Assembly: GCF_009914755.1 (NCBI RefSeq) | Contig: NC_060944.1 | Strand: one strand, 5' to 3' | Source of the DNA: the human T2T-CHM13v2.0 reference genome, Homo sapiens | Length of the DNA: 64,000 bases | Shown here: piece by piece, positions 55,920-64,000 of the stretch | Position numbering within the stretch: the first letter of the stretch is position 1 | Layout of the letters: each line of letters begins with the position of its first letter | Notes under the pieces: model-generated | Told to the model about the DNA's origin: nothing | Databases searched by the model: none | Seen by the model: the letters and a program-made list of their open reading frames with translations, nothing else | Program-made: the position numbers and the translations under genes

Positions 55920-58900
55920 TTTTTTTTTTCTTTTTTTAAAATTATACTTTAAGTTCTGGGATACATGTGCAGAATGTGGATGTTTGTTACATAAGTATAC
56001 ATGTGCCATGGTGGTTTGCTGCACCCATCAACTCATCATCTACATAGGTATTTCTCCTAATGCTATCGTTCCCTTTGCCCCTCACCCCCTGACAGGCCCT
56101 GGTGTGTGATGTTCCCCTCCCTGTGCCCATTGTTCAGCTCCCATTTATGAGTGAGAACATGGGATGTTTTGTTTTCTGTTCCTGTGTTAGTTTGCTGAGA
56201 ATGATGGTTTCCAGCTTCATCCATGTCCCTGCAAAGGGCACGAACTCATTCTTTTTTATGACTGCATAGTATTCCATGGTGTATATGTGCTACATTTTCT
56301 TTATCCAGTCTATCATTGATGTGCATTTGGGTTGGTTTCATGTCTTTGCTATTGTGAATCGTGCTGCAATAAACATACCTGTGCATATATCTTTATAGTA
56401 GAATGATTTATAATCCTTTGGGTATACACCCCATAATGGGATTGCTGGGTCAAATGGTATTTCTAGTTCTAGATCCTTGAGGAATTGCCACACTGTCTTT
56501 CACAATGGTTGAACTAATTTACACTCCCACCAACAGTGTAAAAGTGTTCCTATTTCTCCACATCCTCTCCAGCATCTGTTGTTTTCTGATCTCCATTCTC
56601 ACTGGTGTGAGATGGTATCTTATTGTGGTTTTGATTCGCATTTCGCTAATGACCAGTGATGATGAGCTTTTTTTCATGTTTGTTGGCCATGTAAATGTCT
56701 TATTTTAAAATGTGTCTGTTAATATCCTTTGCCCACTTTTTGATGGGTTTTTTTTTTCTTGTAAATTTGTTTAAGTTCCTTGTAGATTTTGGATATTAGC
56801 CCTTTTTCAGAAGGATAGATTGCAAAAATCTTCTCCCATTCTGTAGGTTGCCTGTTCACTCCGATGATAGTTTCTTTTGCTGTGCAGAAGCTCTTTAGCT
56901 TAATCAGATCCCATTTGTCAATTTTGGCTTTTGTTGCAATTGCTTTTGGTGTTTTAGTCATGAAGTCTTTGCCCATGCCTATGTCCTGAATGGTATTGCT
57001 TAGGTTTTCTTCTGGGATTTTTATGGTTTTAGGTCTTACATTTAAATCTTTAATCCATCTTGAGTTAATTTTTATATACGGTGTAAGGAAGGAATCCAGT
57101 TTCAATTTTCTTCATATGGCTAGCCAGTTTTCCCAACAACATTTATTAAATAGGGAATCCTTTCCCCATTGCTTGTTTTTGTCAGGTTTGTCAAAGATCA
57201 GATGGTTGTATACGTGTGGTGTCATATCTGAGGCCTCCGTTCTGTTCCATTGGTCTATATATCTGTTTTGGTACCAGTACCATGCTGTTTTGGTTACTGT
57301 CACCTGGTAGTATAGTTTGAAGTCAGGTAGCGTGATGCCTCCAGGTTTGTTCTTTTTGCTTAGGATTGTCTTGGCTATACGAGCTCATTTTTGGTTCCGT
57401 ATGAAATTTAAAGTAGTTTTTTAAAATTCTGTTACGTAAGTCAATGGTAGCTTGACAGGGATAGCATTGAATCTATAAATTACTTTGGGCAGTGTGGCCA
57501 TTTTCATGATATTGATTCTTCCTATCCATGAGCATGGAATGTTTTTCCATTTGTTCATGTCTTCTCTTATTTCCATGAGCAGTGGTTTGTAGTTCTCCTT
57601 GAAGAGGCCCTTCACATCCCTCTTAAGTTGTATTCCTAGGTATTTTATTCTCTTTGTAGCAATTGTGAATGGGAGTTCACTAATGATTTGGCTCTCTATT
57701 ATTGGTGTATAGCAATGCTTGTGATTTTTGCACATTGATTTTGTATCCTGAGACTGCTGAAATTGCTTATCAGCTTAAGGAGTTTTGGGGCTGAGACGAA
57801 GGGGTTTTCTAAATATACAATCATGTCATTCTGCAAAAAGAGATTATTTGACTTCCTCTCTTCCTATTTTAATACTCTTTATTTCTTTCTCTTGCCTGAT
57901 TGCCCTGGCCAGAACTTCCAATACTATGTTGAATAGGAGTGGTGAGAGAGGGTATCTTTGTCTTGTGCTGGTTTTCAAAGGGAATGTTTTCAGCTTTTGC
58001 CCATTCAGTATGATATTGGCTGTGAGTTTGTCATAAATAGCTCTTATTATTTTGAGATACGTTCCATCAATACCTAGTTCAGTGAGGGTTTTTAGCATGA
58101 AGGGGTGTTGAATTTTATCAAAGGCCTTTTCTGCATCTATTGAGATATCCAGAAAATTTAGAAGAAATGGATAAATTCCTGGACACATACACCCTCCCAA
58201 TACTCCCAAGATAACCATGTGGTTTTTGTCATTGGTATGTGATGGATTACATTTATTGATTTGCTTACGTTGAACCAGTCTTGCATCCCAGAGATGAAAC
58301 TGACTTGATCGTGATGCATAAGCTTTTTAATGTGCTGCTGGATTTGGTTTGCCAGTATTTTATTGAGGATTTTTGCATTGATGTTCATCAGGGATATTGG
58401 CCTGAAATTTTCTTTTTTTATTGTGTCTGTGTCAGGTTTTGGTATCAGGATGATGCCTGCCTCATAAACTGAGTTAGGGAGTCTTCCCTCTTTTTCTATT
58501 GTTTGGAATAGTTTCAGAAGGAATGGTACCAGCTCCTCTCTGTACCTCTGGTAGAATTCGGCTGTGAATCCATCTGGTCCTTGACTTTTATTGGTCGGTA
58601 GGCTATTAATTACTGCCTCAATTTCAGAACTTGCTATTGGTCTATTCAGGGATATGACTGCCTCTTGGGGTAGTCTTGGGAGGGTGTATATGTCCAGGAA
58701 TTTATCCATTTCCTCTAGATTTTCTAGTTTATTTGCATTGAGTTTTTATCACTTGGCTCCCTGCCTTCAGCCCCCTTTCCAGGGGAGTGAATGGTTCTGT
58801 CTCAATGGCATTCCAGGTGCCACTGGGGTATGAAAAAAACTCCTGAAGTTAGCTCGGTGTCTGCTCAAACAGCCATACAGTTTTGTGCTTGAAACCCAGG

Positions 58901-59240
58901 GCCCTGTTGGTGTAGGCACCCACGGGAATCTCCTTGTCTGTGGGTTGTGAAGACTGTGGGAAAAGCATAGTATCTGGGCCAGATAGCACCATCCCTCCAG
59001 GCACAGTCCCTCACGGCTTGCCTTGGCTAGGGGAGGGAGTTCCCCTACCCCTTGTGCTTCCCGGGTGAGGTGATGCACCATCCTGCTTCTGCTTACCCTC
59101 TGCCACACCCACTGTCTTACCAGTCCCAATGAAGTGAACTGGGTACTTCAGTTGGAAATGCAGAAATAACCCCTCTTCTGCATTGGTCTCTCTGGGAGCT
59201 GCAGGCCAGAGCTGTTCCTATTTGGCCTTTTTGCCCAGGA
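55920..59240 (-). mobile_element. L1PA7/8-like LINE-1 with both ends but a large internal deletion
   Basis: Poly-T, then attatactttaagttctgggatacatgtgcaga (3' end); antisense ORF2 to 58749; then directly 5'UTR from 58750 to 59240, ending gctgttcctatttggcc. Confidence 0.93.
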
Positions 59241-59249
59241 GTTTTTCAT

Positions 59250-61230
59250 AAGTTTTTAATTGAAATAAAACATATGTGACGAACAATACAAAAATCATTA
59301 GTGTACACTTTGATGGATTTTACAGCTCACTGGTATAATCATCATGCCAGCAGCAAAGCTACATGCCACCATGTAGTTCTTATACCCAAGCACGAGTACC
59401 CACTTTCCTGACTTCTAGCAGATAGGTTATTCCTGGCTGTTTCATACTTTATATTAATTAAGCCATACTGCATATATTCTTTTGTTTCTGGCTTCTCTCA
59501 GCATTATGTTTTTGATATTCTACCATGTTGTTGAGTATAGGTTCATGGAGTTTCATTGCTCATGGATTCCTGTTGCAGATAGTTCATGGAGTCTCAGAGC
59601 TATATAATACTCAACTTTGTAAATGTTCCACAATCTATATATCCTTCTTACTATCAATAGGCACTTGGGTCATTTCCAATTTTTAACTATTATTTACATA
59701 TATTTTTGTAATATATATACATATCTGCAGCAGTATTATGGAAACAACTTATATATGTAATATATTAATGTAATACCTATATACATATATTTTTGAGTGA
59801 ATATGCAGCAATATTATGGAAATAACTAGATGTATGTTATATATAACTAGTTGACACATTATATATATATATATATGAAATTCAATTCATCATTTTCAAA
59901 AATAAATAGCCTTTTGGGTCTTGTTTAAGAAGTCTTTACTTACTACAATGCCATGAAGCTATTTTCTCATTTTCTTTCTAAAAGCTTTATATTTTACTTT
60001 TCACATTTAGACCTTCAATCTTTATGGAATTGTTGTTATGTATGGTATGAGATAGGAATCAACACATATATGTATATATTCATATATATTTTTCTATATC
60101 AATATACAAAAACACAAAACCATATACTAAAATCACCATTCTTACTCCACTGTACTAGTGTTACCTCTGACACAAATCAGATGACCATACATGTGTTGAG
60201 CAGTTTCTGGTTTCTTTATTCTTTTCCATTTGTTTGTTTTGTTGATTTATTGATTTACCTGGTGTCTATATCACAATATCTTAATACGTATACTATATAT
60301 TTGGCCTTAATATCTGATAGTACAAGTCATCTAGTTTGTATTTAATAACAATAACAACCACTTTGGCCATTCTAGTTCTTTTGCAGTTCCAAAGGAACTT
60401 TGATTCTAAATTTTTATAATCAAAACTCTGATAAAAATGTTGCATTAAATTACACTGTATTTTAAATCAATTTGGAGAACACTGAAATTTTAAAATGTTT
60501 AGTCTTTTATTCCATGCATATAATCTCTTTGGGTCTTTCAAAATTTCTTCTCAATAGCATGTTACTGTTTTCAGTGTAGAGGTCTTTCATGCCTATTATT
60601 AGATATATTTGGAGCTATTTGATGTTTTTGATAGTATTTTAAGTGTTATTTTATCAAAATTGAATTACCTATGTATTTATTGCTGATGTCCAGAAGTAAA
60701 TATGATTTTTACATTAACCTTCTATTCAAAGGCCTTGTTACATTAATGTATTAATTCTACCCATGTGTCTACAGAGTATTTTGTTTTTTTAATGTACAAA
60801 ACCATGTTAGCTGCAAATAATAAAACTTTTCTTCCTTCCTATTCAATTTCTAAACAGTTTATTTTTCTTATCTAGGTCTTACCTAGGACATCTAGTCTAT
60901 AGCTGCACCTTTATTTTATTCAGATTTTAATTTTAAAGGAACAAATGACAATTTTCATTGTGTGCTGTTTATTGTAGGTTTTGTGTAGACACTATTATCA
61001 GATCTTAAAAGTTGTTGCCTATACCTGTTGTGCTAATAGTTTCTTTTTAATCATTAATGAATATATAATTTCATTTAAATATTTTCCCCCATTAATTAAG
61101 AAATTTTTTTTTCTTTTTTCTGTTAGTGTTGTAAGTGTCTTAGTTGAATTTTGAAGGATAAGCCAACTTTAAATTTCTGGAATAAATCAATGTCATCATG
61201 ATATATTGTCCTAGTCATATGCCACTGATT
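59250..61230 (-). mobile_element. L1ME-type fragments
   Basis: tttttaattgaaataaaacata...gtgtaca; tcttgtttaagaagtcttt; ttttcagtgtagaggtcttt. Confidence 0.65.
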
Positions 61231-61379
61231 TTCTAAAACAAAACAAAAGACTACAGTTAATCCATCCCCCCTGAATAAGATAAAAATATTATTTCAGCTC
61301 TCTAGCCTTCTATGTACACTACCATCTATAGAATAACTAAATTTGTTTTGTTTACTATATGTTAGATGTTCTTCCAGGT

Positions 61380-61562
61380 ATTAAATCTATATTAACCTCT
61401 TTAATACTCATGATTAAAATGAGAAATGATATCTCATTTCTATTTCACAAATGAGAAAATTGAAGCAGGAAGAGGTTAAGTACCATGCCGAAGGTCACCC
61501 CAAACTAAATTTTGTTCCTGGCTGGCTGATTCCAGAGCTGGTGTGTTTGTGATTCCACCATG
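61380..61562 (-). mobile_element. MIR
   Basis: tttcacaaatgagaaaattgaagc..aagaggttaagta..atgccgaaggtcac...gattccagagc. Confidence 0.75.
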
Positions 61563-62564
61563 CTGCTGGGCTGTGTCTTTCAGCTGAGATTTTTAACCTC
61601 AAATATTTTAACAAGTTATTTAGAGATACCAATAGGATTCTCTGGTTTTCTTACTATTGTTTCTTGTACACTGGATTCGTTTGTTTCTCTACTGGATCAT
61701 ATCTGCTATTGCATATTTTAGAGAAAGTCTAGGTATGATAAGACTCCTGAATAAATGCATGTCTGAAAGTATATTTCTTTATTTTCACATGTAAATGATA
61801 GCACTGGGAAATATGGCGGTACATTTATTTCCCCTCCACTTACTCTTGCATGTATCTGTTCCAAATCTCCAAACACTAGGATCTTTGACCATTCTTTTTT
61901 TGTCATTCCGAAATTTAACCACAATATGTGAATAGCTATATCTTTTACAATTCATTCTGCTCAACAGACCTTCTTATCCTGATGATGTATGACCTCTTTA
62001 ATCCTGAGAAATTTTCTCTCATTGTTTTGAGAATTTCAGGCTATATGTTTAAGATTCTTGCAGCTTCATTCAGGTTTACTTAATAATTTTTTCACATACG
62101 AAGACATTTATAAGAGAAAAAAACCCTTCATAATTATATCATCCAGATATATCAACTGTTATCATTTCTCTGTAATCGTCTCTTATAAGCCATGTCTGTG
62201 GTTTTTAAATAATTTAAATCACTTGATGTTTAGTGCTATATTTTGCTTTTATCTCATTACGTGTTACGTATTTTTTTTACATATCGCAGAGCATTAGTAA
62301 CCATTTAAAGGCTTATTTTACTCCATTGAGTTAAAGGCTTAATTTATTCCATTGAGTTGTCAAAACTTTTTTTACCTAGAAAAAAAAGATTCTGGAGAGA
62401 CAATCACATTCTTACATGTAGCTTGACAAACCACCCACACCTTTCCCTGCTAAGCCCGATGAGTTTACAGCCAACTAAGAAACCATAGGTATTAGACAGA
62501 TAGAAATTTAAAAATACTAACTTTACAACTTATAAAATTAAGTGAAGAAAAAACACTTTGTCTG

Positions 62565-62720
62565 GTAGCCAGGGCGCACATGGGATCCCGCACTTAGAAG
62601 AGACCAGCCCTTGGTTTAATGCTACTCCCTCAACACTTTCAAATTAGTCACCATTTTTGAAAAGGGAGCTCTGCATTTAACCGTGCACGGGGCTCTGCAG
62701 ATTATGTAGCCAGTTCTGCT
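62565..62720. mobile_element. MER91A-like hAT-Tip100 element
   Basis: cttggtttaatgct...tttttgaaaagggagctctgcattt...gggctctgcagattatgtagccagttctg. Confidence 0.75.
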
Positions 62721-62984
62721 AGTAGCCTTAGTCAGTATTTCTAGTGTTTCCTTTTAAGTCTGGACCTTGTAATGACCCCCCATGAAAAGGAATTTGCAGA
62801 GCTGACCTTTGCTTTTCAGCTGAAATGGGATCACTCCCGCCCTTACATCAAGCCCCAATTTCAAGAACAGAGAGAGAAAAAAGGCCTCATCACTAACCTC
62901 TAGATGTGTTTATCCCTTGGAGAGGGAGCTGTTGAAGAGGATCACTGTTCTTTCCCAAACATTTGAAAGGGCAGAGGCACTGCT

Positions 62985-63270
62985 TTATGAGCTAAGTTAT
63001 GACTTCCTAAAGAGGGAGGAACATGTTTTTCCTATGACTTCAAAAATGTGAAGGGCTGTCAGTGGAAAAGATCTCTGATTGATTCAGAACTATAACAGGT
63101 ATAAAACTCAGTCAGAAGAGTGAAAGTAAGAGGCAGGCTTATTTGGAGAGAATGTGAGATTAATCTATTTTAAAACGAGTATTACTGAAAAACTAGAATC
63201 TGATAACTTGAGATATAAAAATTTGTTATCATTGGAAATATTCAGCCACGAAATAACTGAATGCATATCT
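62985..63270 (+). mobile_element. L3/CR1 fragment
   Basis: cttcaaaaatgtgaagggctgtca..gtggaa...gaggcagg...atcattggaaatattca. Confidence 0.55.
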
Positions 63271-63559
63271 ACTGGGAAGAGGTCTTTAAATACAGAGTTG
63301 AAACTACTGCTTCAGGAGGAATAAATAAAACAACTTCCTCTGTAATTTATTTCGTTTTCCTTCTTCAAGGGATGCGTTATTAATCTATTGCTGTTCTTTT
63401 CTGTTCTTTTAATTTTTCAATACTCTTTCAATATTGAATACATCTCTAAGACTGTGCTTATATCCATACTCAACTGTCTTTCAAAAGTATATATGTATAT
63501 ATCACTTTTATTAAATATATAGTAAGAAGTTATTGTATGTTTCCTATTGCAAGCCACTG

Positions 63560-63760
63560 GACTGAAATTTAAATTATGTATATAACATCTTACTTGATTT
63601 TATCAGATACTATCATTATCCCATTTTATAGAGCAAGAACCCAAGGCTTAGATAGGTTTACTGTCATGTTCATAGATACGCAGCTAGAAAGGCCCATAAT
63701 TTTATTCAAACTCCCACCCATCTGATTATAAAACTAGGATTCCTAAATACCACAATACAG
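63560..63760 (-). mobile_element. MIR
   Basis: tactatcattatcccattttatagag..agaacccaaggcttagataggtt...cagctagaaa. Confidence 0.75.
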
Positions 63761-64000
63761 TGTTTAACACATCCTAATATTTTTGCCCTATATTTATACA
63801 CACTCAAGGTATCAAACCTTTTGCCTTTTTCCCAGCAATCCGGCATACCTGTCATTAGAAAGTTCTGTAGTTAATATTACTATGGCAAAAAAAAAAAAAA
63901 GAAATGCCACATCTGACTGGTAATCATCATGGAAATTCCATGAGATGGGTAGAGTTTATTATTCCCATCATGGATGAAGCAACAGAAATTTAGAAAGATT

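Noticed and set aside
58739-58752. Apparent untemplated filler tgagtttttatcac at the L1 deletion junction, resembling the 5' flank gagtttttcata
   Set aside because: In sense orientation it aligns to diverged ORF2 (ataaacacctctatgc) plus 5'UTR gtg, so no filler is needed.
56505-58833. RT-like ORFs of 104-183 aa on the minus strand
   Set aside because: Fragments of a disabled L1PA ORF2; the apparently novel N- and C-termini come from the 61-bp inverted insert.

Overview
Primate (human-like) AT-rich, repeat-dense non-coding DNA, either intergenic or deep intronic. I find no credible host protein-coding exon, RNA gene or CpG-island promoter. Every ORF in the supplied track traces to Alu, L1, LTR or low-complexity sequence, or is a short chance ORF. 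Most of the window is transposon relics: about 12 Alus; two L1PA elements with unusual architecture (one 5'-intact but 3'-deleted at 14893-19345, one with both ends but an internal deletion at 55920-59240); a near full-length ancient L1M at about 45.9-55.4 kb; many MaLR and ERV1 solo LTRs; about 13 MER5 pieces; and MIR, L2 and L3 fragments. I found no novel multi-gene system. The most interesting signals are not explained by repeat annotation: (i) a ~240-bp inverted duplication at 9954-10647 that could fold into a long hairpin; (ii) several short locally templated copies and fold-back insertions (377-418, 42923/43509, 51994-52016, 55496/59723-59860, 58149-58209); (iii) a probable unassigned processed retrocopy of an mRNA 3' end at about 44101-44667; (iv) a structured CA-rich minisatellite carrying many TGCATG and TGACAG motifs. 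Repeat subfamily names come from my memory of consensus sequences and most boundaries are approximate; confirm them with RepeatMasker/Dfam.
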